From IMG/VR virus record IMGVR_UViG_3300011114_000862, positions 1 through 58,600 of that record: a stretch of DNA of 58,600 nucleotides. One strand, written 5' to 3'. Source of the stretch: a virus (Duplodnaviria; Caudoviricetes). How positions within the stretch are numbered: the first letter of the stretch is position 1; the number at the start of each line of letters is the position of its first letter. Positions 34,982 to 45,350 of the stretch are shown here, in pieces. A program made the translations under genes and the position numbers. The notes below the pieces were generated by a model. The model was not told the origin of the DNA. It did no database searches and saw only the letters and a program-made list of their open reading frames with translations.

Positions 34982-37147
34982 ATGGCGGTAAATTTAGTGT
35001 CTCCCGGTATTTTAACCAGAGAGGTTGATTTAACTTTAGGACGAATTCAAACTACTAATGTAAATGTAGGAGTTATTGCTGGACCTTTTGAAAAGGGTCC
35101 AATAAATCAACCTATATTGATTAAAAGTGAAAAAGAACTTTTAAGTATTTTTGGAAAGCCTGTTACTAAAGACTTTCAATCTGAATATTGGCTATCTGCA
35201 GCATCATATTTATCATATGGTGGTCATTTAAGAGTAATTAGAACAAGTAGCACTGAATTAAGAAATGCAAATATTGGTGTTTCCACCGCTAATGTTTCAT
35301 CTTTAGTTATAAATTCAAAGGATGATTTTGAAATAAACTATCCTGATGTATCTAATTGGTATTTTGCATCCAGAAATGCAGGTTCTTGGGCAAATAAAGT
35401 TAAAGTTTGTGTAATAGATAATTTTGCCGATCAAATTATCTCTGGAATTAACACTACAAGTTTGGTTTCGATTGGTGTTACCGTTGGGTATGGAGTAACT
35501 CAATCATTAAGTGGTCGCACTGTGAATGTAGGAACTTCAGTAACTACATATACAACTGAATATATTAGAGGTTTGATTACTGGAATTGGTAATAGTGAGA
35601 TTTATATAAAAATTACTGATATGATATCTCCAAATACTGGAATATCATCTCCAATAGAATATAAAATACCAGGTTCAACATCAGGAAATGCATACTCATT
35701 TGTAGGTACTGGAACCACTATCAACATTGTTAATTCATCAGGTATTACTACTGCAACATTAACATCTGCTACTGTTTCAGATTGGTATAATCAACAAACT
35801 TTAGGATTGACTAATTCTACAGTATATTGGAAAAATATTGCTAATAAACCTGGAACCTCAACATATGCAGCAGATAGGAATTCTAAAAATGATGAACTTC
35901 ATGTAGTTGTAATTGATGATTCAGGTTCAGTTAGTGGAATTGTTGGGAATCTATTAGAGAAATTCACTTTCCTAACTAAATCTACTGATGGAAAATCAAT
36001 TCCATCTGAAAATATATACTATAAAAATTATTTAACCAATAATTCGAATTATATCTACCCTGGAAAAGTTTTATACTCATCTGCACCTTCTAAATTAATT
36101 CCAACTGTAGGTAATGTTTCACAATTTACCACTACAACTGGAAATTGGGGTCAAGAAACCTCCAATATTGCATTCGCACCAGTAGGTAGTATATCATATA
36201 GTCTTACCGGTGGGGTAGATTATTCTGGAGTGGGTGGATATTCTGCAACATTAAGTAATATTATATCATCATACCAAGTAGTTTTAGACAAACCTGAGTT
36301 AAATATAAATTATTTAATTGGTGGTCCATCTGGAATCACAAAATATGAATCCCAATCTAAGGCAAACTCAATATTAGCAATTGCTGAAAGTAGAAAGGAT
36401 TGTGTTGCTGTAATATCTCCATTCCGAGGAAGTGTGATTGGTAATTCTAATTCAGATGTACAAACTGCAGATATTATAGATTTCTTTGAAGGTGTTCAAT
36501 CGAGTTCTTATGGTATTCTCGATAGTGGATATAAGTATGTTTTTGATAGATTTAATAATAAATTTGAATATATCCCATGTAATGCAGATGTTGCTGGTTT
36601 ATTAGCAAGAACTGCATCTGAAAGATATCCTTGGTTCTCACCTGCAGGAACTTCTAGAGGTTCTTTGAAAAATGCAATTAAGTTAGCATACAATCCAAAT
36701 AATAGTCAGCGTGATGACTTATACACTAAGAGAATTAATCCTATTATAACTACAAAAGATAGTGGAATAATATTATTTGGAGATAAAACTGCATTAAGTA
36801 GTTCCTCCGCATTTGATAGAATTAATGTTAGACAATTATTCCTAGTTCTAGAAGATACTATTGAAAATTCTGCAAGACAGCAATTATTTGAATTTAATGA
36901 CGAAATTACAAGAATTAACTTTGTAAATATTATAGATCCATATCTCCGTGATGTACAATCAAAACGAGGTATTACTGAATATTTAATAGTTTGTGATGAA
37001 TCCAATAATACTCCAGAGATAATTGACAATAATGAGTTTAAAGCTGACATTTATGTAAAACCTGCAAGATCAATTAACTTTATTGGATTAACTTTTGTTG
37101 CTACTCGTACTGGACTCAACTTCTCTGAAGTTGTGGGTACTGTTTAA
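34982..37147 (+). CDS. gp18: Tail sheath protein gp18
   Basis: SPGILTREVDLT, PWFSPAG..RG, GDKT, AFDRINVRQLF, IYVKPARSINFI. Confidence 0.96.
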   Translation: MAVNLVSPGILTREVDLTLGRIQTTNVNVGVIAGPFEKGPINQPILIKSEKELLSIFGKPVTKDFQSEYWLSAASYLSYGGHLRVIRTSSTELRNANIGVSTANVSSLVINSKDDFEINYPDVSNWYFASRNAGSWANKVKVCVIDNFADQIISGINTTSLVSIGVTVGYGVTQSLSGRTVNVGTSVTTYTTEYIRGLITGIGNSEIYIKITDMISPNTGISSPIEYKIPGSTSGNAYSFVGTGTTINIVNSSGITTATLTSATVSDWYNQQTLGLTNSTVYWKNIANKPGTSTYAADRNSKNDELHVVVIDDSGSVSGIVGNLLEKFTFLTKSTDGKSIPSENIYYKNYLTNNSNYIYPGKVLYSSAPSKLIPTVGNVSQFTTTTGNWGQETSNIAFAPVGSISYSLTGGVDYSGVGGYSATLSNIISSYQVVLDKPELNINYLIGGPSGITKYESQSKANSILAIAESRKDCVAVISPFRGSVIGNSNSDVQTADIIDFFEGVQSSSYGILDSGYKYVFDRFNNKFEYIPCNADVAGLLARTASERYPWFSPAGTSRGSLKNAIKLAYNPNNSQRDDLYTKRINPIITTKDSGIILFGDKTALSSSSAFDRINVRQLFLVLEDTIENSARQQLFEFNDEITRINFVNIIDPYLRDVQSKRGITEYLIVCDESNNTPEIIDNNEFKADIYVKPARSINFIGLTFVATRTGLNFSEVVGTV

Positions 37148-37176
37148 TTTAAAAATTTATTTCTAGGAGTAATCAG

Positions 37177-37881
37177 ATGCCTAAGTTTAACGAAAGAACT
37201 TTACTTAATTTTAGATCCCAATTAGCAGGAGGTGGTGCTAGATCCAACCTATTTGAGTGTGCTTTGCAATTTCCAGTTCTAGATGGTGATGCTACTGCCA
37301 ATTTAAATAATAATGATAATTTAACAAAATCACGATTTTTCATAAAATCAACTCAAATTCCTAGTTCATCTATAGGAACTATAAATGTTCCATTTAGAGG
37401 TAGAAATTTAAAAGTTGCAGGAGATAGAACATTTGAACCCTGGACTATTACAGTTATTAATGATACTGACTTCACCCTTAGGCATACTTTTGAAACATGG
37501 ATGAATTTCATCAATAGACATGGAGATAATGCAGGAATAATAAATCCTGCTTCATATCAGACAAATATGGATGTTATGCAACTATCCAGATCTGCTGATA
37601 ATAATACCATCCCATCCGGATCTGGAAATGCTACTATCACTCCAAATACGAACTCTAGGTCCAGTACTGATAAGAACTATGGAATTTTAAGACAATATAG
37701 ATTCTATGGAGTGTATCCTTCAGATGTAAGTACAATTGAATTATCTTATGATAGTGCCGATACAATTCAGGAATTTTCAGTAACTTTCCAAACTCAATAT
37801 TGGGATGTTGTTGCTCCTGGTGACAATAATCAAGGTACTATTAATACTGGTAATATTATTGCTTCTTCACAACTAACCTAA
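37177..37881 (+). CDS. gp19: Tail tube protein gp19
   Basis: GGGARSNLFE, VPFRGRNLKVAGDRTFEPWTITVIND, IQEFSVTF. Confidence 0.95.
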   Translation: MPKFNERTLLNFRSQLAGGGARSNLFECALQFPVLDGDATANLNNNDNLTKSRFFIKSTQIPSSSIGTINVPFRGRNLKVAGDRTFEPWTITVINDTDFTLRHTFETWMNFINRHGDNAGIINPASYQTNMDVMQLSRSADNNTIPSGSGNATITPNTNSRSSTDKNYGILRQYRFYGVYPSDVSTIELSYDSADTIQEFSVTFQTQYWDVVAPGDNNQGTINTGNIIASSQLT

Positions 37882-37910
37882 ATAATACACTACTCATAAA
37901 ATTGTGATTA

Positions 37911-39599
37911 ATGGCTAAATTATTTGGTTTTAAGATTGAAGATACTGGAGATAGTAAGAATAGTAAAATATTATCTCCAGTTCCACCCAATAATGAAGAT
38001 AGTTCTGATTATTATATAACTAGTGGTTTTTATGGGCAATATGTAGATATTGAGGGTGTTTATAAAAATGAGGCAGATTTAGTTAGAAGATATCGAGAGA
38101 TGTCTTTGCAACCAGAATGTGATAGTGCTATAGAAGATATTATAAATGAGGCTATTGTATCAGATTTAAATGATAGTCCTGTTCAAATAGAATTATCAAA
38201 TCTTCCAGCATCAGATAAATTAAAAGAGGTAATAAGAAAAGAATTTAAATATCTAAAAGAAATGATGGACTTCGATAAGAAGGCTCATGAGATATTTAGA
38301 AATTGGTATATTGATGGACGAATATTTTATCATAAGGTTATAGATATATCTAATCCAGAAGATGGAATTAAAGAAGTACGATATATTGATCCTCTGAAAA
38401 TAAAATATATACGAAAACTTAAAAAAACTCAACAAAGCACTCTTGCTAAACAAGTAAGATCAATGCTTTCAGATAGGGATATTAACGATCAAACCAATCC
38501 AGAAATTGAGGAATATTATTTATATGACCCAAATGTAGGATATTCTGCTACAAAAACAAATACTCAAACAAGTTTTAGTGCAGGATCTCAAGCAATTAAA
38601 ATAACTAAAGATTCTATTGTTTTTATTACATCTGGACTTGTAGATAGAAATAGACAAACAGTACTATCATATCTACATAAAGCAATTAAATCTCTCAATC
38701 AACTACGAATGATTGAAGATAGTTTGGTGATTTATAGACTATCCCGTGCTCCAGAAAGAAGAATTTTCTATATTGATGTCGGAAATCTTCCAAAGATTAA
38801 AGCTGAACAGTATATGCGAGATACGATGAATAGATATCGTAATAAATTAGTATATAATGCAGATACTGGTGAAATTAAGGATGATAGGAAATATATGGCT
38901 ATGCTTGAGGACTACTGGTTACCTCGTCGTGAAGGTGGAAGAGGTACTGAAGTAACTACACTTGCTGGAGGGCAGAATTTAGGAGAGTTAAGTGATATTG
39001 AATACTTCCAAAAGAAATTATACAAATCTTTAGGAGTACCATCAACTCGGTTAGATAGTGGTGGTGGATTTAATCTTGGAAGATCATCTGAAATTTTGAG
39101 AGATGAACTAAAATTCACAAGATTTGTAGGGAGATTGAGAAAAAGATTTTCTCAAATATTTATAGATTTACTTAAGACTCAACTTATTTTAAAAAATATT
39201 GTTACGATAGATGATTGGGAAAGATTAAACGATCACATTCAATTTAATTTCTTATATGATAATCATTTTTCAGATCTAAAGAAAAATGAAATAATGAACG
39301 ATAAGTTGGGAGTGGTTGCTGCAATGGATCCATACCTAGGTCGTTACTTTTCTGCAGATTATGTAAGACGAACTATACTTGGTCAGTCTGATAGTGAAAT
39401 TATTGAAATAGATCAACAAATTCAAAAAGAAATTGAAGAAGGTATAATTCCAGATCCAAAATCTATGATGCAACCTAATATAGATGCTCAACAATTAAGT
39501 CAAGTGGGACAAGTTGGGGGTGAAACTTTAGGGGCACCTATGAAAGAACCTGGAGTATCTGATACCAGTACTTCAGCTCCAGAAACTGGACAGATATAA
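37911..39599 (+). CDS. gp20: Portal protein gp20
   Basis: WYIDGR, NQLRMIEDSLVIYRLSRAPERRIFYIDVGNLP, WLPRREGGRGTE. Confidence 0.97.
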   Translation: MAKLFGFKIEDTGDSKNSKILSPVPPNNEDSSDYYITSGFYGQYVDIEGVYKNEADLVRRYREMSLQPECDSAIEDIINEAIVSDLNDSPVQIELSNLPASDKLKEVIRKEFKYLKEMMDFDKKAHEIFRNWYIDGRIFYHKVIDISNPEDGIKEVRYIDPLKIKYIRKLKKTQQSTLAKQVRSMLSDRDINDQTNPEIEEYYLYDPNVGYSATKTNTQTSFSAGSQAIKITKDSIVFITSGLVDRNRQTVLSYLHKAIKSLNQLRMIEDSLVIYRLSRAPERRIFYIDVGNLPKIKAEQYMRDTMNRYRNKLVYNADTGEIKDDRKYMAMLEDYWLPRREGGRGTEVTTLAGGQNLGELSDIEYFQKKLYKSLGVPSTRLDSGGGFNLGRSSEILRDELKFTRFVGRLRKRFSQIFIDLLKTQLILKNIVTIDDWERLNDHIQFNFLYDNHFSDLKKNEIMNDKLGVVAAMDPYLGRYFSADYVRRTILGQSDSEIIEIDQQIQKEIEEGIIPDPKSMMQPNIDAQQLSQVGQVGGETLGAPMKEPGVSDTSTSAPETGQI

Positions 39600-39602
39600 A
39601 TA
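39595..39602 (+). promoter_or_regulatory. Late promoter overlapping the gp20 stop
   Basis: TATAAATA. Confidence 0.65.
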
Positions 39603-39627
39603 ACCACGAATAGTATATTTAAATTGT

Positions 39628-39795
39628 ATGGAAAATTTAGTAAGTATGATTATTTCTGATGAAAGTCCTGCAGAAATAAGCGACAAAATTAAAGAGATAC
39701 TTTACACCAAAGCAGCAGAAAATGTAGATACACTTAAACCTTATATTGCTTCTGCATTATTTGGAGAAGATGATGTGGATTATGAAGATGCATGA
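39628..39795 (+). CDS. Small acidic protein, 55 aa, in the prohead-core (gp67-like) position (not in ORF track)
   Basis: MENLVSMIISDESPAEISDKIKEILYTKAAENVDTLKPYIASALFGEDDVDYEDA*. Confidence 0.75.
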   Translation: MENLVSMIISDESPAEISDKIKEILYTKAAENVDTLKPYIASALFGEDDVDYEDA

Positions 39796-40546
39796 TGAAG
39801 GATATATGGCAAGAAGTGAATTCGATACAATTATCAAGGCAGTTTCTTTATTGAGAAAAAATATAAAAAAAGGAAATCAACAACTTCCTGCCTGGGTTCA
39901 ATCAAAAATAACAAAGGCAACAGATTATATCGATACTGCCGCAGATTATCTTAATAGTGATGAAGAAGTATCTGAGGCATGTTGGGACGGATATACTGCA
40001 AAAGGTATGAAGAAAAAGGGTAAAAAAATGGTTCCAAACTGTGTTCCTACAAATGAGCAAGTAAGTGATACATCTACTCCCCAAGAAACGTTTGATAGAC
40101 AAGTTAATGCCACAACAGGATTACCCCCAGAACTTAAAATAAAAGTTCTTTCATCTGCCGCCAAACTTCATCCGGCAGCAAAAAAAACCTTCGAGTCCTT
40201 TATGGTCGAAGCATCTGCTACCTGGCAAAGAAAAGAAGGTAAAAATCCTGAAGGTGGTTTAAATGCTGCTGGAGTTGCTTCTTATAGAAGACAAAATCCA
40301 GGATCAAAATTACAAACTGCCGTTACAACAAAACCCTCAAAATTAAAACCAGGATCTAAAGATGCCAAGCGTAGAAAATCATTCTGCGCACGTATGGGAG
40401 GAGTAGATGGACCTATGAAAGATGAAAAAGGGCGCCCAACCAGAAAAGCATTGGCACTAAGGAAGTGGAATTGTTAGTATGGAAATTGAAGATATTATTT
40501 TAAAAGAAGATGATGTGGATTATGAAGATGCATGATGGAAGGATAT
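39765..40546. repeat. ~41-bp direct repeat pair 740 bp apart
   Basis: AGAAGATGATGTGGATTATGAAGATGCATGATG(G)AAGGATAT at 39765-39805 and 40505-40546. Confidence 0.95.
39782..40477 (+). CDS. Modular hypothetical protein (LPAWVQSKIT module, CWDGY module, C-terminal DUF6321-like module)
   Basis: Probable ATG 39782; EACWDGY..MVPNCVP; WQRKEGKNPEGGLN..RRKSFCARM..LRKWNC. Confidence 0.8.
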   Translation: MKMHDEGYMARSEFDTIIKAVSLLRKNIKKGNQQLPAWVQSKITKATDYIDTAADYLNSDEEVSEACWDGYTAKGMKKKGKKMVPNCVPTNEQVSDTSTPQETFDRQVNATTGLPPELKIKVLSSAAKLHPAAKKTFESFMVEASATWQRKEGKNPEGGLNAAGVASYRRQNPGSKLQTAVTTKPSKLKPGSKDAKRRKSFCARMGGVDGPMKDEKGRPTRKALALRKWNC

Positions 40547-40835
40547 TCTGATTTATCTGAGTTCTTTTCTATTGTAGAAAAGGCAAAAAGTGAAAAGAAA
40601 CATAAAAAAGAACAATTCAAGTCCAAAGATGACTTGGAATACAACGGCAAGTACAGCATTAACCCAATCGGGTGGAACTCAATGCACGGCACAAATTAAA
40701 GGAACTATCAGGATAACTGTTGCTGGAACAATTATTCCACAAGTATCTCTAGAAAATGCTGCTGCTGGTATAGTTCAACCGAACTCATATTTTAAAGTAA
40801 GTAGAATAGGTTCTGCAACCACTTCATATAATTAA
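40480..40835 (+). pseudogene. Fragmented or chimeric relic ORFs
   Basis: 18-aa mini-ORF 40480-40534; 55-aa ORF 40532-40699; out-of-frame fibre-tip-like fragment 40590-40835 without a good start. Confidence 0.5.
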
Positions 40836-40921
40836 TATGAAAATTGAACGAAAACATATATCTAATAATGTTATTGGGAAATTGTAAAGTAATAAATAAC
40901 TAATATAACTACTGAAACATA

Positions 40922-41491
40922 ATGTCTGCATATAATATAGTACAAAAACTTCCAAATTTAGATAATATTTCTATTGGAGGTATTAGTACTTCAGTTCCAA
41001 TTGCATTGAAATCTGGATATTTAAGGATATTACCAGAAGCAAATGCTTATATTGAACTTGGTTATTCACCTGGAGTAAGTTCTACAACTTCTAGTTTGTG
41101 GGTTTTGGGTGGAACTGAAGTAATTCTAAAGGAAATAGTTCGTTCCCAACCTGCAGTTGGAGTGCAAACTGGTACAACTACAGATGTAATATTTGCAGGT
41201 GGTACCGGATGTTCTTTTAATGTTGGTGATTATGTGGAATTGAGTGGATTTTTACCAGTAGGAATTAATACTAATTTTGCACAAGTTGCTACTGTAGATA
41301 CCAATACATCATATAATGGACTACATGGAACTAAAATGTCTATTGTATGGGATACTTCATCAATAGTTGGAGTTATTACTAATACTAGTGGAAATGTTAG
41401 AAAAACAATAAAAGTTGCCGCACTTAATGCAAGTAGTGGATTAAATACTATACACATTACAGAAGTTCAAGTCGTATCCAATTTTAGCTAA
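40922..41491 (+). CDS. Hypothetical beta-rich protein, probably virion-associated
   Basis: ATAAATA at ~40892 upstream; TAATG overlap with gp21. Confidence 0.75.
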   Translation: MSAYNIVQKLPNLDNISIGGISTSVPIALKSGYLRILPEANAYIELGYSPGVSSTTSSLWVLGGTEVILKEIVRSQPAVGVQTGTTTDVIFAGGTGCSFNVGDYVELSGFLPVGINTNFAQVATVDTNTSYNGLHGTKMSIVWDTSSIVGVITNTSGNVRKTIKVAALNASSGLNTIHITEVQVVSNFS

Positions 41492-42141
41492 TGAAACTCA
41501 TCACAGAAGAAATCGAACAAGTAGAAGTTATCGTTGAGAATATCAACGGTAAGAAGTCATTATTTATTGAGGGAGTTTTCCTTCAAGGAGATGTGTGCAA
41601 TCGAAATAAAAGAATGTATCCAATGGATACATTACGAATGGGTGTAAAATTATATAATGAAAATTATCTTATTCCAGGAAGAGCAGTTGGAGAACTTGGA
41701 CATCCTCAAGGTCCATCTATTAATTTAGATAGAGTTTCTCATAAAATCGTATCATTAAAAGAACAAGGAAGCAATTTTGTAGGTAGAGCTAAAATCTTAA
41801 CCTCATTACCTATGGGTAAAATTGCTGCTGGTCTTTATGAGGAAGGTGTGAAATTAGGAGTATCTTCCCGTGGAGTAGGATCACTTTGTCCTACAACTGA
41901 AGGTTATAGTGTTGTTGGTGAAGATTTTATGCTTTCAACTGCTGCAGACATAGTTCATGATCCTTCTGCACCTAATGCATTTGTAAATGGTATACTTGAA
42001 GGAGTAGATTGGATATACGATTCTACTCATAATGAATGGTTATTAGATTCCACTAAAAAGAAAATAAATCGATTGGTTGAGAGTAGACAATTGGAAGAAA
42101 AAAAATTAGAATTATTTAATGAATTTTTGAGTCTACTATAA
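41491..42141 (+). CDS. gp21: Prohead protease gp21
   Basis: MKLITE, GELGHP, LDRVSHKI, LGVSSRGVGSL, ADIVHDPSAP. Confidence 0.96.
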   Translation: MKLITEEIEQVEVIVENINGKKSLFIEGVFLQGDVCNRNKRMYPMDTLRMGVKLYNENYLIPGRAVGELGHPQGPSINLDRVSHKIVSLKEQGSNFVGRAKILTSLPMGKIAAGLYEEGVKLGVSSRGVGSLCPTTEGYSVVGEDFMLSTAADIVHDPSAPNAFVNGILEGVDWIYDSTHNEWLLDSTKKKINRLVESRQLEEKKLELFNEFLSLL

Positions 42142-42152
42142 TAAAATTACAA

Positions 42153-42458
42153 ATGAAGACTTTTAGAGAGTTTATTGATGAGAGTTCTGCAACTCAAAGA
42201 GTTATAAGTAGGGCTATTGATATTATTAAAAACACTTCAATTGAAAGAAATCCTGAAAAAATTCACACATATATAAATTTAATTAGAAAATCCAGAGAAA
42301 GGCTTCCAAAAGAACCAGAAAGTAGAGAGCATAGAAAAGATAAATTTTTAGAGCCTACTTATAGATTAAGTCCAGAAGAAATAAAGAATAATCCCCCAAC
42401 CCCAACTAAAAATCCAAAAAAATTGAGAAAACAAAGATCCTTGGGTGAATTATTATAA
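42153..42458 (+). CDS. Basic hypothetical protein with capsid-targeting-like N-terminus
   Basis: MKTFREFIDE resembles the T4 internal-protein CTS MKTYQEFIAE. Confidence 0.75.
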   Translation: MKTFREFIDESSATQRVISRAIDIIKNTSIERNPEKIHTYINLIRKSRERLPKEPESREHRKDKFLEPTYRLSPEEIKNNPPTPTKNPKKLRKQRSLGELL

Positions 42459-42479
42459 AATAACATAAAATATAAAAAA

Positions 42480-42487
42480 TATAAATA
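42480..42487 (+). promoter_or_regulatory. Late promoter upstream of gp22-gp23
   Basis: TATAAATA. Confidence 0.75.
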
Positions 42488-42523
42488 AACATAGATTTAA
42501 TAAAGGTAAATCGGAGAGTTCAA

Positions 42524-43762
42524 ATGTCTCGTGGTAAAAACTTACAAGAAATGGAAGTAGGCACTAAACAATCTAAAACTGCTGTAAATGCTGGTGCAAG
42601 AGCAGGAGACCCAATTTCCAAATTGACTACAGGCATTCCTGATGGTCAAACTGATACTTGGGAAGATTTAGGTGGTCCTACCCCAGATAATTATACTAAT
42701 GATCCGGAGGGTCCTGCAAAATTAAAGGACCCTGCGGCAAGATTGAGCACAGTATCTAATGTTGTTAACAAAAGAGCTAGAAAAGCAGATCCAATGCCCC
42801 ATTTAAAATCTGGAGTTAAGGAATCTTCTGAAGATGATGAAGAATATGAAGTAGAATATGATGAGGAAGATGAATCTGAAGTAGTTTCAGAAGAATCTGA
42901 AGATGAAGATGAAGATGAAGATCTTAGCAAAAAATTTCCTAGAAAAAAATCTAAGAAAGGTGCTAAGGAAAATGAAGATGAAGATGAAGATCCTGAAGAT
43001 GAATCTGTAAAAGAACAATTTCAACAGATTGAATCTCAAATTGAAGAAGATGTGCAAGCACTTCTTTCAAATGAAGAACTCTCCGAAGAATTTAAGTTCA
43101 AAGCAAAAACTGTTTTTGAAGCAGCATTGAATGCTAGAACTGAACAGATTGAGGAAGCCATTATTTGTAAATATGAAATACAACTTCAAGAAGAAATTCT
43201 TGAAGTTGCTGAAGTACTCGAACAACGCATCGATGCTTATTTGGAATATGTTGCTGAAGAATGGATTTCCGAGAACGAACTTGCTATCGAGCAAGGACTT
43301 CGTTCTCAAATGACTGAAAGTTTCCTTGTAAATCTCAAAAATCTTTTTGAAGATCATTATGTAACAATCCCTGAAGAGAGATATAATGTACTAGAAGATA
43401 TGGTAGGCAAACTTGATGATATGGAGACTAAACTCAACGAGCAAATTAAAACTAATGTTGCTCTTAATAAAAGACTAGCAGAGTCAGTTACCAATGTAAT
43501 TTTAGGTGAAATTTCTGAAGGTCTAGCACTTTCTCAGAAAGACAAGCTCGCTTCTCTTGCTGAAAATGTTGAGTTTGATGGTGAAGCAGAATATCGTGAG
43601 AAATTAGTTGCACTGAAGGAATCTTATTTCCAAGGTAAAACTGGTACTCATAGAAATACTCAAGACTATCTGGTAGAAGATACATCTATTGAATATAATG
43701 CACCACCTAGTGGAACCATGGGTATCTATCTAAATGCTCTTGAAAGAATTTCCAAAAAGTGA
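42524..43762 (+). CDS. gp22: Prohead core scaffold gp22
   Basis: EDLGGPTPDNY, acidic tract, LSEEFKFKAKTVFEAA, YLEYVAEEW. Confidence 0.92.
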   Translation: MSRGKNLQEMEVGTKQSKTAVNAGARAGDPISKLTTGIPDGQTDTWEDLGGPTPDNYTNDPEGPAKLKDPAARLSTVSNVVNKRARKADPMPHLKSGVKESSEDDEEYEVEYDEEDESEVVSEESEDEDEDEDLSKKFPRKKSKKGAKENEDEDEDPEDESVKEQFQQIESQIEEDVQALLSNEELSEEFKFKAKTVFEAALNARTEQIEEAIICKYEIQLQEEILEVAEVLEQRIDAYLEYVAEEWISENELAIEQGLRSQMTESFLVNLKNLFEDHYVTIPEERYNVLEDMVGKLDDMETKLNEQIKTNVALNKRLAESVTNVILGEISEGLALSQKDKLASLAENVEFDGEAEYREKLVALKESYFQGKTGTHRNTQDYLVEDTSIEYNAPPSGTMGIYLNALERISKK

Positions 43763-43822
43763 TTTTTTAATCATAAATTAATCAAACTAACAAACAATTT
43801 TTAACCAAAAGAGGTAAAACAA

Positions 43823-45232
43823 ATGCAAATGTTCAACGCAGAGCATCTGCAGGATAAGTGGGCTCCAATTCTTGATTATAGAGGTACTACTCCTATTCAA
43901 GATTCTCATCGTAGAGCTGTAACTGCTATCCTGTTAGAAAATCAAGAACAAGCTCTTAGAGAGGAAAGAGAATTCCTTTCAGAATCACCAACAGTGAATA
44001 CTGATCCAGGTGGAACTGGTTCTGCTGGATTTAGTTATGGTGCTAGTGCAGCAGGTCCAGTAGCAGGTTTCGATCCTGTTCTAATTAGTCTTATTCGTCG
44101 TTCAATGCCAAACTTGGTCGCATATGACCTAGCAGGTGTTCAACCAATGAATAGTCCAGTAAGTCTCATTTTCGCAATGAGATCTAGATATGTAAATCAA
44201 TCTGGACCTGAAACTTTCTACAATGAAGTTGATACCTCATTCTCAGGACAAAATTCTGGATTCGGTCATACTTCATATCCTGGATACACTGGCGGACCTT
44301 CAGATAATGTAGGTTTCGGTACTACTGCGCAATCCGGATCCAATCCTGGATTACTCAATGCAAGCCCCGTTGGTAATTATCAAGTAGGACAGGGTATGTC
44401 CACTGCTCAAGCTGAATCTCTTGGAGATGGTGCAGTAGGTAATCAGTTTAATGAAATGGCTCTCAGTATTGAGAGAATTTCAGTTACCGCAAAGTCTAGA
44501 GCACTGAAGGCAGAATATAGTTTAGAACTCGCACAAGACCTTAAGGCAATTCACGGTCTTAATGCAGAAGCTGAACTTGCTAATATCCTTAGCACTGAAA
44601 TTCTTGCTGAAATTAACCGTGAAGTTATTCGTACCTTGTATCTAATTGCAGAACCTGGTGCTCAAAATAACGTAGCAACTCCTGGGATATTTGACTTAGA
44701 TATCGACTCCAACGGTCGTTGGTCTGTTGAGAAATTCAAAGGTCTTATCTTCCAAATTGAAAGAGATGCTAACCTAATCGCACAAAGAACTCGTAGAGGG
44801 AAGGGTAATATCATCATGTGTTCTGCAGACGTTGCTTCTGCCCTATCACATGCAGGTATTCTTGACTATACCCCTGCTCTAAACGCCAATCTAAATGTTG
44901 ATGATACCGGTAATACTTTTGCTGGTGTTCTTCAAGGTAAGTTTAAGGTTTATATTGACCCATATTCTGCTAATAACTCTGATACTCAGTATTATGTTGC
45001 AGGTTATAAGGGTTCTTCCCCTTATGATGCTGGACTATTCTATTGTCCTTATGTACCTCTCCAAATGGTTCGTGCCGTTGGTGAGAATTCCTTCCAACCA
45101 AAAATCGGGTTCAAGACTCGTTATGGTATTGTTGCTAATCCATTTGCTGAAGGACTCAATTCCGGTCAAGGAAGACTTAATAAGAATTCCAACACCTACT
45201 ACAAGAGAACTCTTGTTAAGAATCTAATGTGA
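43823..45232 (+). CDS. gp23: Major capsid protein gp23
   Basis: FDPVLISLIRR, GVQPM, SRALKAEYSLELAQDLKAIHG, YCPYVPL, FQPKIGFKTRYG. Confidence 0.98.
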   Translation: MQMFNAEHLQDKWAPILDYRGTTPIQDSHRRAVTAILLENQEQALREEREFLSESPTVNTDPGGTGSAGFSYGASAAGPVAGFDPVLISLIRRSMPNLVAYDLAGVQPMNSPVSLIFAMRSRYVNQSGPETFYNEVDTSFSGQNSGFGHTSYPGYTGGPSDNVGFGTTAQSGSNPGLLNASPVGNYQVGQGMSTAQAESLGDGAVGNQFNEMALSIERISVTAKSRALKAEYSLELAQDLKAIHGLNAEAELANILSTEILAEINREVIRTLYLIAEPGAQNNVATPGIFDLDIDSNGRWSVEKFKGLIFQIERDANLIAQRTRRGKGNIIMCSADVASALSHAGILDYTPALNANLNVDDTGNTFAGVLQGKFKVYIDPYSANNSDTQYYVAGYKGSSPYDAGLFYCPYVPLQMVRAVGENSFQPKIGFKTRYGIVANPFAEGLNSGQGRLNKNSNTYYKRTLVKNLM

Positions 45233-45255
45233 TCTTTATTTAAAGATTATAACTC

Positions 45256-45279
45256 AAGGACCCGAAAGGGTCCTTTTTT
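45256..45279 (+). terminator. Intrinsic terminator after gp23
   Basis: AAGGACCC-GAAA-GGGTCCTT plus T-tract. Confidence 0.92.
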
Positions 45280-45350
45280 ATTGGAAATTTTACTCCAAAT
45301 ATCACATAAATTAAGTCAAATAAATATTAACGTTAGTGATACTAATATAA

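Noticed and set aside
42820-43010. GAAGAT-type microsatellite
   Set aside because: Encodes the acidic low-complexity tract of gp22
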